From an uncultured delta proteobacterium (GTDB lineage: Bacteria > Desulfobacterota > RBG-13-43-22), in NCBI GenBank assembly GCA_963743305.1, contig CAVUPH010000015.1, positions 1-64,000 on the forward strand: DNA of 64,000 bases, given 5' to 3'. The notes beneath the pieces were generated by a model. That model did not search any database. It had not been told where the DNA came from and saw only the letters and a program-made list of their open reading frames with translations. Below, in pieces: positions 9,963 to 19,317 of the stretch. Both the position numbers and the translations under genes were made by a program. Within the stretch, counting starts at the first letter, position 1. The number at the start of each line of letters is the position of its first letter.

Positions 9963-11361
9963 ATGCCCGGTAAGTCCGCGGAAGATCTTCAGGAAAAGAT
10001 CCGTTTCTATGAACGGGTGCTGGACAACATCCGCAACGGGGTGATGATCACCGAACCCTCCGGAAAAATTATTTTTTTCAGCCGGGCCTATGGTGATTTC
10101 CTGGGCATCGATCCTCAGAAAAGCCATGGGCCGGCATTGCCGGGAGGTGGTGGAGAATACCCGCATGGAAATCGTGGCCCGGACCGGCGTCCCGGAAATC
10201 AACCACCTTCAACGGATCAAGGGCCGGGACATGGTGGTGCAACGGATCCCCATTAAGAAAAACGGCCGAACGATCGCCGTCTACGGCCAAGTCATGTTTG
10301 AAGACGTGCGTGATGTCCAGGCCCTGGCCAAAAAGCTCAACCTCCTGGAAACCAAACTGGAATTGTACGAAAAAGAGCTGACTCACCTGCGCTCTTCCAA
10401 GTACACGATTAAGCACATCATCGGCCAGAGCGAGCAGATGACCGAATTAAAAAAAATGGCCGTCCAGGCGGCCAAAACCCATGCTCCGGTCTTGATCCTG
10501 GGTGAAAGCGGCACCGGCAAAGAACTCTTCGCCCATGCCATTCACCATGCCAGCGAACGGCGGGCCTTCCCTTTTATCCGCCTGAATTGCGCGGCCATCC
10601 CCCTGGACCTGCTGGAAGCCGAACTTTTCGGCTATGAACCCGGGGCCTTCACCGGTGCCGGCAGAAAAACCAAGCCGGGCAAGTTCGAACTGGCTCACCT
10701 GGGGACCATTTTTCTGGACGAGATCGGAGACTTGCCCCTGGAAATGCAGCCTAAGCTGCTGCGCGTCATCGAAGAAAAGGAAACCGAACGCTTGGGCGGC
10801 ACCCGACTGATCCACAGCAACTTCCGGTTGATCACCGCCACCCATGCTCCCCTGGAAAAGATGGTCGCCGAGGGCCGGTTTCGTAAGGACCTCTACTATC
10901 GCCTGAATGTCATCCCCATCGCTATCCCGCCTCTCCGGGATCGAAAGGAAGACCTTCCGCCCTTAGCCGACCATTTGATCCTGATGCTCAATAAGGAACT
11001 GGGGACCCATGTCACCCGGACGACGCCGGAAGTAATGGATCGTTTTCACCAATATGACTGGCCGGGAAATGTGCGGGAACTGATCAATGTGCTGGAAAGA
11101 ATCATCTATTCCCTAGACGGCGACGCCATCCAGATTCACCATTTGCCCATTTTTCTGCAAACCCTCAGGAAAAAAAAGCCGGTCGCCGGCGCCGCCTCTC
11201 TCAGACGGCTAAAAGAGGACCTGGAGAAGGAAGCCCTGGCACAGGCCTTGGAAAAAACCCAGTACCATAAACAGCAAGCGGCGCAGGCCCTGGGCATTCA
11301 CCGGACGGCCCTCTATAAAAAAATAAAGAAATATAACCTTCCCCTGCACCCGGACCGCTAG
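9963..11361 (+). CDS. PAS-domain sigma54-dependent Fis-family activator, +1 frameshift in an A run near 10119-10122
   Basis: PAS N-terminus; ILGESGTGKE, GAFTGA, FLDEIGD, WPGNVREL and a C-terminal HTH (LGIHRTALYKK). Removing one A joins ORFs 9963 and 10090. Confidence 0.9.
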
Positions 11362-11371
11362 AAAAAAGGAA

Positions 11372-11475
11372 TGTATCCTTTTTTCTACATGTATCCAATT
11401 GGCTATATTTTCATAACCCCGCCTGATTATCGCCAAAAAATAAAGACTGGATTTTTCTGTAGCTTTTTTGCTACA
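11372..11475. promoter_or_regulatory. Putative enhancer (UAS) sites for a sigma54 activator
   Basis: TGTA-N10-TACA boxes at 11372-11389 and 11458-11475 (TGTAGCTTTTTTGCTACA), plus an imperfect copy at 11390-11407. Confidence 0.6.
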
Positions 11476-11561
11476 TTTTAGAAATTGTCGCTTTCTCCTT
11501 TCCTTTCCCCTTTCTTCTTGAATTATTAACCAGTTGCCCGGGCTGGGCCGAGCCGGATTTT

Positions 11562-11578
11562 TTGGCCCTGTTATTGCT
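11562..11578 (+). promoter_or_regulatory. Sigma54 (-24/-12) promoter
   Basis: TTGGCCCTGTTATTGCT with GG-N10-GC spacing, upstream of the SDR gene. Confidence 0.72.
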
Positions 11579-11635
11579 GATATATAGCCAACTCTCTCCT
11601 AAGTTCCCACCAAAACCTTGAAGGAGCCTTTTATT

Positions 11636-12502
11636 ATGGGCAAAAAAGCCGATATTTCCGAGCCCAGGATCAGGAAAGACGATGTGCTGATCCTGTCCGA
11701 TCCCGACTTTAACGTCAACAACGTCTGCCTGGTGACCGGCGCCGGCGGGGGTATCGGCCGGGCAACGGCCATCGCCGCCGCCGTCAACGATCTTATGACC
11801 GTCGGACTGGATATCGACGAAAAAGAGGGCCAGAAAACCCAGCGACTGGCCCGGGACCTGGGCGGGCAGATGATTTTTATCAAAACCGACTTGACCCGGG
11901 AAGAAGACCTCCGCTACGCCGTGGCCGAAGCCGCCAAATTGGGGGCCATCAAATATCTGGCCAACATTGCCGGCATTCAGCACATCGATTCCATCGAAAA
12001 CTTCCCCATGGAAAAATACGACTATATGATGCGCCTCATGCTGCGGGCCCCCTTCTATCTCTCCAAACTGGCGCTGCCCCATATGAAGAAGAGCAAAAAC
12101 GGAACCGGGGCCATCGGCAACATGACCTCCATCCACGCCCACATCTGCACCCTGAACAAACCCGTCTACAACCTGACCAAGTTCGGCCTTCGCGCTTTGA
12201 CCCAATCCCTGGCCGCCGAGGGGATGGGGAAGATCCGGGCTTTTTCGGTCAGTACCGGCTTTGTCAAGACCGCCCTGACCCTGAAGCAGATCCCGGCCCA
12301 GGCCGAACAGCGGGGCATCACCCCTCAGCAGGTGGTCCAGGACGTCATGCTGGGAAATTCGCGAGTGAAAGAGATGATGACGCCCATCGAAGTGGGCAAC
12401 CTGTTTCTCTTCGGGTTTTCCCGGTTCGCCAAATACCTGGTCGGCGGAGACCTCCTGTTTGACGGAGGAATGGTGCTGACTTATGCCGAGAAAAAAGGTT
12501 AG
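11636..12502 (+). CDS. SDR oxidoreductase, D-3-hydroxybutyrate dehydrogenase-like
   Basis: TGAGGGIG, NIAGIQHI..IENFP.EK, YNLTK, KQIPAQA; AAGGAG Shine-Dalgarno upstream. Confidence 0.85.
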   Translation: MGKKADISEPRIRKDDVLILSDPDFNVNNVCLVTGAGGGIGRATAIAAAVNDLMTVGLDIDEKEGQKTQRLARDLGGQMIFIKTDLTREEDLRYAVAEAAKLGAIKYLANIAGIQHIDSIENFPMEKYDYMMRLMLRAPFYLSKLALPHMKKSKNGTGAIGNMTSIHAHICTLNKPVYNLTKFGLRALTQSLAAEGMGKIRAFSVSTGFVKTALTLKQIPAQAEQRGITPQQVVQDVMLGNSRVKEMMTPIEVGNLFLFGFSRFAKYLVGGDLLFDGGMVLTYAEKKG

Positions 12503-12620
12503 CTTCTCTTCCGTTCGCTGGTTTATCAAAAAAAAATAAGGAGGTGATCCGTCAGGCAAGAAATAAATCACTTCTATCTTTAAGAGCTTTTGTAACGCAC
12601 CGATTAAAAAAGGAGGGTTC

Positions 12621-13874
12621 ATGATGAAACAAATCAAATTAGTAAGTCTGGTTTTTATCTTATCCATTTTACTCTGGGGGGGATTGACTCCAGCGAACAT
12701 TTGTCTGGGGGCAGAGCCTTATAATCTCGGAGTCGCCTTAGGCCTAACCGGCACAGGTGCACTGTATAGCAAAGATGGTGTTGATGCCATTAAATTGGCC
12801 GTTGATGAAATTAATGCCCACGGAGGCTTCTTGGGGAAACATCCGATCAAGTTAATCGTCAAAGACGATCAGACCAAGCCGGATGTGGGCGTCCGAGAGG
12901 TTAAGGATCTGATCCTGCGAGACAAGGTGCGCTGCGTCTTGGGGAGCTATTCCAGCGCCGTGGCCGAGGCCATCAAACCGGTCTGCCAGGAATATAAAGT
13001 TCTCCATATCGCCGCCATCAGCAACTCAGAAAACATCACCCAGATTCATTTCAGTCCCTATACTTTCCAGGTTGTTCCCAATACCTACATGCAGGCCAAG
13101 GCCGTGGTTTTAGGTGTGGCCCAGTTGGCTAAAAAGAAAGGTTGGAAAGATTACGTGACCATCGCCTCGGACTATGAGTGGGGCAGATCCACCCAGGAAA
13201 ATACGGTAAAACTCCTGAAAGAGGCGGCTCCTAATTTGAAGTTAAAAAAGGAATTTTGGCCGCCTTTGGGAGAAACGCAGTTTACTTCCTATATTACGGC
13301 CATCATGGCTCAGAAACCTGATTTTGTAATCGGCTCGGTGGCCTCCAAGGATAACGTGGCCTGGATGCAACAGGCCAAGGCCTATGGGTTCTTTGATAAA
13401 ATTCCCTATCCGGGATCATTGATCAGCGTCTCTGAGCTGATAATCGGGGCCAAAACCCTGACCCGGGGTCTGGTGGGATTGAGCCGGGCGCCCTTCTTTG
13501 CCCATCTGGATGTCCCCATGATGGCCGATTTTGTCAAAAACTTTAAGGCCAAATATGACCGCTATCCCAGTGATTGGGCGGTCATGGAATACGATGCCGT
13601 TTATGCCTTGAAGCAGGGGATTGAGAAGGGAGGGAGCATCGACACCGAGAAAGTAAAGGATGCCCTGAAAGGGGCGACCATCAGTACCACCCGGGGCAAG
13701 CTCTATTTCCGACCGATAGACAACCAACTGAGCTGTTCGTCTTATATGGGGGTGGTAGCGGATGATCCCAAATATCCTTTCCCCATCTACCATGATCTGG
13801 TTGAGGTCAAGGGCCCGGATTCCTGGCGTCCCGAAGCCGAAATTATCGCGGCCCGAAAAGACGAGAAAAAATAA
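12621..13874 (+). CDS. Liv-type ABC transporter substrate-binding protein
   Basis: Signal peptide, LAVDEINAHGG, DDQTKP, DYEWG. Confidence 0.9.
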   Translation: MMKQIKLVSLVFILSILLWGGLTPANICLGAEPYNLGVALGLTGTGALYSKDGVDAIKLAVDEINAHGGFLGKHPIKLIVKDDQTKPDVGVREVKDLILRDKVRCVLGSYSSAVAEAIKPVCQEYKVLHIAAISNSENITQIHFSPYTFQVVPNTYMQAKAVVLGVAQLAKKKGWKDYVTIASDYEWGRSTQENTVKLLKEAAPNLKLKKEFWPPLGETQFTSYITAIMAQKPDFVIGSVASKDNVAWMQQAKAYGFFDKIPYPGSLISVSELIIGAKTLTRGLVGLSRAPFFAHLDVPMMADFVKNFKAKYDRYPSDWAVMEYDAVYALKQGIEKGGSIDTEKVKDALKGATISTTRGKLYFRPIDNQLSCSSYMGVVADDPKYPFPIYHDLVEVKGPDSWRPEAEIIAARKDEKK

Positions 13875-13883
13875 GCAGGAGCT

Positions 13884-14047
13884 AATGGACCCGCCGGAAG
13901 ATCGACCGCAGCCCGGGCACGATTAAGCGCCGGGCTGCGGTCGGGGTGGGCCGTTTGAATTCACTTCAAATGGCGGGAGGATCCCGCCTGAGGCGGGATC
14001 CTCCGCCGAGCAGAAAGTGGTTTTTTGGCTTTTTGCGAGGTTAGCAA
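13884..14047 (+). repeat. Structured dispersed element, copy 1 (homologous to 31365-31522)
   Basis: Aligns end to end with copy 2 (CGATTAAGCGCCGGGCTG, GAATTCACTTC, CCGCCGAGCAGAAAGT, TTTTTGCGAGGTTA); three hairpins. Confidence 0.85.
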
Positions 14048-14049
14048 AG

Positions 14050-14934
14050 ATGGATATTTCTTTCCTACTGTCACAATTCATGAGTGGCTTGGCCCGGGGC
14101 GCCATGCTCTTTCTTATCGCCTCGGGCCTGTCCCTCATCTTCGGGGTAATGAATATTCTCAATTTCGCCCATGCCTCCCTCTGGTTGGTCGGGGCCTATT
14201 TCTGCCATACCTTTTGGCTGATGTTACAAAATTATGGCTTTGGGCTATGGGTAAGTATCCTGCTGGCGGCTTTGGCCCTGGCTGTTATCGGTTGGCTGAT
14301 CGAGGTCGTGTTGATCCGCCGGGTTTATAACCGGGAACTTCCCGAGCAACTTTTGCTGACCTATGCCCTGGTTTTGATCATCGGAGATTTGATCAAATTC
14401 TTTTGGGGGGTGGAAGACCGGATCATCGTTCGCCCGGCCATAGTGGACGGACCGGTTTTTATCTTTGGGGTGCCCTTCGATTCCTACCTCATCTTCGTTA
14501 TCCTGGTCGGTGCCGCTATTTCCCTGGGCCTCTGGTGGTTTATGAAAAAAACCCGATACGGCCATATCGTCAGGGCCGCGGTCTTCAGCCGGGAAATGGT
14601 CGGTGCCTTGGGGATCCCTATCCCCAGGATCTATACCGGAGTGTTTGTCTTAGGAATCTTCATCGCCGGTTTAGCCGGGGCCGTTCAGGCCCCGGTGGGT
14701 TCGATCACCCTCGGCATGGATATGGCGGTTATTGTCCAGGCCTTTTGTGTGGTGGTCATCGGCGGGTTTGGAAGTCTCCCGGGTACCCTGGTTGGGTCCT
14801 TGATTGTCGGTGAGATCTACTCCTTTTCCATTCTCTTCTGGCCGGAAGGTGCCCTGGTTCTTATTTTTGTCGTAACCGCCTTTGTCTTGATCATCCGCCC
14901 CTGGGGTTTATTCGGAACCCCCATGAGGATCTAA
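14050..14934 (+). CDS. livH: Liv-type ABC permease (LivH-like)
   Basis: GLSLIFGVMNILNFAHA, VVVIGGFGSLPG. Confidence 0.9.
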   Translation: MDISFLLSQFMSGLARGAMLFLIASGLSLIFGVMNILNFAHASLWLVGAYFCHTFWLMLQNYGFGLWVSILLAALALAVIGWLIEVVLIRRVYNRELPEQLLLTYALVLIIGDLIKFFWGVEDRIIVRPAIVDGPVFIFGVPFDSYLIFVILVGAAISLGLWWFMKKTRYGHIVRAAVFSREMVGALGIPIPRIYTGVFVLGIFIAGLAGAVQAPVGSITLGMDMAVIVQAFCVVVIGGFGSLPGTLVGSLIVGEIYSFSILFWPEGALVLIFVVTAFVLIIRPWGLFGTPMRI

Positions 14935-14951
14935 AGAATTAAGCAGAAGGG

Positions 14952-15908
14952 ATGCTCCTTATGAAGAGAACCTGGTGGCTGGGGTTGCTTTTTATCGCAA
15001 CTCTATTCCTTCCCTTGATGGTAGGGGAATTCTGGATTCATGTGGCCATTGAAATATTGGTTTTAGGCCTTTTCGCGGTCAGCTTTAATATGATCTTTGG
15101 CTATATGGGTCAACTTAGTTTTGGCCATGCGGCTTATTTCGGCGTGGGTGCTTATGCCACGGGCCTACTTATGGTCAAGGCTTCCGTTCCCCTGCCCCTC
15201 TGTCTGGCCGCATCCATGATAACCGCGGGAATCTGCGCTTTGATCCTGGGATACTTTTGTGTCCGTCTCACCGGGATCTACTTTGCCATCCTGACCCTGG
15301 CCTTCGGCCAACTGATGTACTATATCATCTTCCAATGGTATTCCTTTACCGGGGGGGACAACGGCCTCCAGGGGATCACCCCCCCGGCGATACTTTTTAG
15401 GGCCAATTCCTATTACTACTTTGCCCTCTTTATTGTCACCGCGGCCCTGGTGGTCATGTGGTTTATCAGTGAATCCCCTTTCGGGTATACCATGCGGGCC
15501 ATTCGAGATAACACCGACCGGACGCGGTTTATCGGTATCCATGTCCGGAAATACATGCTCATCAACTTTGTGGTGGCCGGGATGTTTGCCGGCCTGGCCG
15601 GCGGTCTTTGGGGGCCCTTTAACCGGAGTATTGCTCCTGATCTTTGCAATTGGCATCAGTCAGGAATCCCGGTATTCATGACCGTTATCGGAGGCCCTAT
15701 GGGCTTTTTGGGGCCTCTGGTCGGGTCGGTGATTTACACCTTCCTCATGGCTTTTGTTACCGGGTTTACCGAATACTGGCCGATGGTTATCGGACTGGTC
15801 ATAACTTTCGTCGTCCTCTTTGTGCCCGGCGGAGTTCTCGGGCTGGTAGAGGAAAAGACGAAGGGTAGACGGGACAAGGGACTTGAAGCCAAACGGAACG
15901 AATCTTAG
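14952..15908 (+). CDS. livM: Liv-type ABC permease (LivM-like)
   Basis: GQLSFGHAAYFGVGAY, YFAILTLAFG, TGGDNG, SPFG...AIRDN. Confidence 0.9.
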   Translation: MLLMKRTWWLGLLFIATLFLPLMVGEFWIHVAIEILVLGLFAVSFNMIFGYMGQLSFGHAAYFGVGAYATGLLMVKASVPLPLCLAASMITAGICALILGYFCVRLTGIYFAILTLAFGQLMYYIIFQWYSFTGGDNGLQGITPPAILFRANSYYYFALFIVTAALVVMWFISESPFGYTMRAIRDNTDRTRFIGIHVRKYMLINFVVAGMFAGLAGGLWGPFNRSIAPDLCNWHQSGIPVFMTVIGGPMGFLGPLVGSVIYTFLMAFVTGFTEYWPMVIGLVITFVVLFVPGGVLGLVEEKTKGRRDKGLEAKRNES

Positions 15909-15928
15909 AACTATAGAAAGTTGAGCGT

Positions 15929-16681
15929 ATGGCCGAAGAAGTTATCCTCAGAGTGAAGGAATTGTTCAAGGCCTTTGGCGGGCTCTTGGCCACCAACAAT
16001 GTTAATTTTGAGATTAAAGCCGGAGAAATGTCCGCCATTATCGGCCCCAATGGTGCAGGAAAGAGCACTTTATTTAATCTCTTAACCGGATATCATGCCG
16101 TCGACAAAGGGCAGGTGTTCTATAAAGAAAAAAATATTACCAATTGGCCGCCTTATAAGATTGCCCGTCTGGGGATAGCCCGTGCCTTTCAGGTCAGTAA
16201 TATTTATCCCAAACTGACCACCTATGAGAATGTCCGCCAAGCGATTCTAACTCAGCAAAAAAGAACCCTTAACTTCTTTACCCCGGCCAGGCGGCTGGCC
16301 CAAAAGGAGACCCAGGACATCATTCAAATCACCGGGCTAAACGAAAACGCCCAGATGGTCGCCGGCAATCTTTCTCAGGGAGATAAGAAACGACTGGAAC
16401 TGGCTATTGCGCTGGGGAGTAAGCCTGATCTGCTTTTTCTGGATGAGCCCACCGCCGGCATGTCCGGGGAAGAAACCCACGAAACTATGGAATTGGTGGC
16501 TCGGCTCAACCGGGAAATGGGGTTGACCATTCTTTTTACAGAGCATGATATGCCGGTGGTCTTTGGGTATGCCCGCAAATTATCGGTTTTGCACGCGGGG
16601 ACCATTATTGCTGAAGGGACACCGGAAGAGATCAGGGCCAACGAAAATGCGCAAAAGGTTTATCTCGGGGAGGAAACATGA
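15929..16681 (+). CDS. livG: ABC ATP-binding protein (LivG-like)
   Basis: GPNGAGKS, LDEPTAGM, EHDM. Confidence 0.92.
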   Translation: MAEEVILRVKELFKAFGGLLATNNVNFEIKAGEMSAIIGPNGAGKSTLFNLLTGYHAVDKGQVFYKEKNITNWPPYKIARLGIARAFQVSNIYPKLTTYENVRQAILTQQKRTLNFFTPARRLAQKETQDIIQITGLNENAQMVAGNLSQGDKKRLELAIALGSKPDLLFLDEPTAGMSGEETHETMELVARLNREMGLTILFTEHDMPVVFGYARKLSVLHAGTIIAEGTPEEIRANENAQKVYLGEET

Positions 16682-17385
16682 TTCTGGAGGTTAAAGACGT
16701 CCAAACTTATTACGGAACCAGCCATATCCTTTTTGGTGTATCCCTCTCTGTAGATCGGGGTAAAATCGTCTGCCTCTTAGGAAGAAACGGGGCCGGAAAG
16801 ACCACCACTATGCGGAGTATAATGGGTCTCACGCCTCCTCATTCCGGCAGTATCCAATTTAATGGTGAGGAAATGAGAGGAAGACCTCCTTACTATATTG
16901 CCCAGAAAGGGATGGGCTATGTGCCGGATAACCGGCTGATTTTCCCTGATCTTACAGTAAGGGAAAATTTGGAACTGGCCATTAAGACGCCCAAGGGCTT
17001 TAGCGGGGAGCCTTGGACAGTAGACCGAATTTACGAACTTTTTCCGCCCCTGATAAAACTGGACAAAAACTTGGGGGGTTATCTGAGTGGCGGAGAGCAA
17101 CAGATGCTGACGGTGGGCAGGACCCTGATGGGAAATCCCGAGCTAATTCTTCTGGATGAACCGGTAGAAGGCCTGGCCCCCCTGGTGGTGAGGGCCCTGG
17201 GAGAACAAATCCTGAAATTGAGAGAGCTCGGGGAAACCATCTTTTTTTCGGAACAAAATGTCAAATTTGCCACCATGATAGCCGACCGGGCCTTTGTAAT
17301 TGACAAAGGCAAAATTCGGTACGAAGGAAGCATGGAGGAATTGAAAGAGAACGAAGAGATTCGCAAGAAATATCTAATGATTTAA
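16678..17385 (+). CDS. livF: ABC ATP-binding protein (LivF-like)
   Basis: GRNGAGKT, LSGGEQQML, LDEPVEGLAP. Confidence 0.92.
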   Translation: MILEVKDVQTYYGTSHILFGVSLSVDRGKIVCLLGRNGAGKTTTMRSIMGLTPPHSGSIQFNGEEMRGRPPYYIAQKGMGYVPDNRLIFPDLTVRENLELAIKTPKGFSGEPWTVDRIYELFPPLIKLDKNLGGYLSGGEQQMLTVGRTLMGNPELILLDEPVEGLAPLVVRALGEQILKLRELGETIFFSEQNVKFATMIADRAFVIDKGKIRYEGSMEELKENEEIRKKYLMI

Positions 17386-17454
17386 TGAGAACCCCTTAGC
17401 CCGTTGGGCCGCTTTCCGCGCCCGCATTAAAAAGCCTTTTCCAAGGGATTTAAT

Positions 17455-18981
17455 ATGAATATCGGCACCCTCTTGCCTCGACATGCCCACTTTCGTCCCG
17501 ACCATACCGCGGTTGTTTTTGGAGAAAATCGCTTAAACTTTCGCCAGTTTAATAAGAGCGTCAATCGCCTGGCCAATGTCTTTCTGGACCAAGGGATTAC
17601 CAAGGGAGATAAGATTGCCACCATTCTTCCCAACTCGCTGGAGCTATTAGAGGTCTATTGGGCAGTGGCCAAAATCGGGGCCGTGGTGGTTCCCTTAAGC
17701 CCTCTGCTTAGGGGAACTGGACTGATGACGCTGCTGAAGGATTCCGATACGGAAATGGTCATCACCAATAAGGCCTTTGTCGAAATTTTGAACCCCATCA
17801 AACCGGGACTATCTGGCATTGAGGCTGATCGCTACTGGCTGATTGACAGCAGCGATGCTGAAGGCTACCAGAGCTATCAGCTCCTGAAGGCCCGGGCCAG
17901 CGACCAGGATCCCCCCGGGATCGAATTAAGCGATCAGGACCCTTACAACATAATCTACAGCAGTGGCACTACAGGGCTCCCGAAGGGAATTATCCATACC
18001 CATTATGTACGGGCCATGTACTGTACCCTTTTTGCATCCGCCTATCGGATTTTCCCGGAAAGTATTGTTCTCCATAGCGGTTCCATTGTCTTTAACGGGG
18101 CCTTCCTGACCCTCATGCCGGCTATGTTTGTTGGGGCTACCTACATCCTTCACCCCCAATTTGATGCCGAAGCCATGATCAGGACCATCAAAGAGGAAAG
18201 GGTAACCCATGTTGATGTGGTCCCCGCCCAGGTAATTGCCCTCTTGAATTCCCCCAATTTTACCCTAAAGAATTTAGAATCTTTGGAAATGTTTCATTCT
18301 ATTGGGGCCCCCCTTCATAAAGAATATAAAGAAGAATTAAACCGCCGCCTGCCGGGACGATTCTACGAGCTCTACGGCCTGACCGAGGGTTTCGTGACCA
18401 TCCTCGACAAGACCGATTTCCCCCGCAAGCTTTCTTCGGTGGGTTGTTGCCCGCCCTTTTTTGAAATGAAGATCCTGAACGAGCAGCGGCAGGAAGTGCC
18501 GGTGGGCGAAGTGGGCGAGATCGTCGGCCGCGGGCCGATCCTGATGCCCGGCTACTACAAGCGTCCGGATTTGACCGAAAAAGCGATCATCGACGGCTGG
18601 CTCTATTCCGGGGACCTCGGTTTCGTGGACGAGGAAGGCTACCTGACCCTGGTGGACCGCAAGAAAGATATGATCATCTCCGGCGGTATCAACGTCTATC
18701 CCAAGGACATCGAAGAGCTCCTGGTTCAGCACCCGGCGGTCCGCGAGGCGGCCGTCTTCGGCCTGCCCCATGAAAAATGGGGGGAAACCCCGGTGGCCGC
18801 GGTGATCCTCAAACACCCTGGACAAGCCACCGCCGAGGAGCTGAAGACCTGGACCAACGACCGGGTGGGGGCCAAATACCAGCGGGTAGACCGGGTCATC
18901 CTGATGGACGAATTCCCCCGCAGCACCGCCGGCAAGACGTTGAAGCGCGTTATGCGGGAGGAGTTGCAGAGTGGAGGCTAA
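17455..18981 (+). CDS. Acyl-CoA synthetase (class I adenylate-forming)
   Basis: YSSGTTGLPKG, YGLTE, SGDLG, DRKKDMIISGG. Confidence 0.92.
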   Translation: MNIGTLLPRHAHFRPDHTAVVFGENRLNFRQFNKSVNRLANVFLDQGITKGDKIATILPNSLELLEVYWAVAKIGAVVVPLSPLLRGTGLMTLLKDSDTEMVITNKAFVEILNPIKPGLSGIEADRYWLIDSSDAEGYQSYQLLKARASDQDPPGIELSDQDPYNIIYSSGTTGLPKGIIHTHYVRAMYCTLFASAYRIFPESIVLHSGSIVFNGAFLTLMPAMFVGATYILHPQFDAEAMIRTIKEERVTHVDVVPAQVIALLNSPNFTLKNLESLEMFHSIGAPLHKEYKEELNRRLPGRFYELYGLTEGFVTILDKTDFPRKLSSVGCCPPFFEMKILNEQRQEVPVGEVGEIVGRGPILMPGYYKRPDLTEKAIIDGWLYSGDLGFVDEEGYLTLVDRKKDMIISGGINVYPKDIEELLVQHPAVREAAVFGLPHEKWGETPVAAVILKHPGQATAEELKTWTNDRVGAKYQRVDRVILMDEFPRSTAGKTLKRVMREELQSGG

Positions 18982-18990
18982 TCCCAGCCA

Positions 18991-19036
18991 AAATACGAAT
19001 ATCGAATATTGAACATCGAATTTCGAATGACAAAGT
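18991..19036. repeat. Degenerate heptamer tandem repeat (CGAATAT-like)
   Basis: AATACGAATATCGAATATTGAACATCGAATTTCGAATG; a similar short tract lies on the other strand near 31255-31278. Confidence 0.55.
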
Positions 19037-19317
19037 CTAGCGCAGCCCCACGTCTCACGGGGCCGTGTCTCCCCCGAACCCCATCAGCCGACACCTTTTC
19101 CGCCTTTTGAATGACTTACCGGATGGTAGCCGCCGGCGGACTGTCCGGAAGGACGATTCTTGGCCAATCCTTATTTTCCTGCTTCCTGGGTTGCCCGGAG
19201 AGCAGCCTTCACCCACGTAAAAACTCTTTTCCATTGCGCTGGGACCCCATTATCATTTATAAAAACGATTAACAGGTTTTTTTCTTCCCCCCAAATTAAA
19301 CAATAAAGAGGCTTCCC

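Noticed and set aside
12537-12550. TAAGGAGGTGATCC, a long complement of the 16S rRNA 3' end
   Set aside because: No rRNA sequence around it and no suitably spaced start codon; at most an orphan Shine-Dalgarno sequence.
11471-12700. 409 aa minus-strand ORF
   Set aside because: Antisense shadow of the SDR gene.
18991-19036. Short tandem repeats as a possible CRISPR array (also 61161-61249)
   Set aside because: Units are 7-8 bp and degenerate, with no unique spacers and no cas genes.
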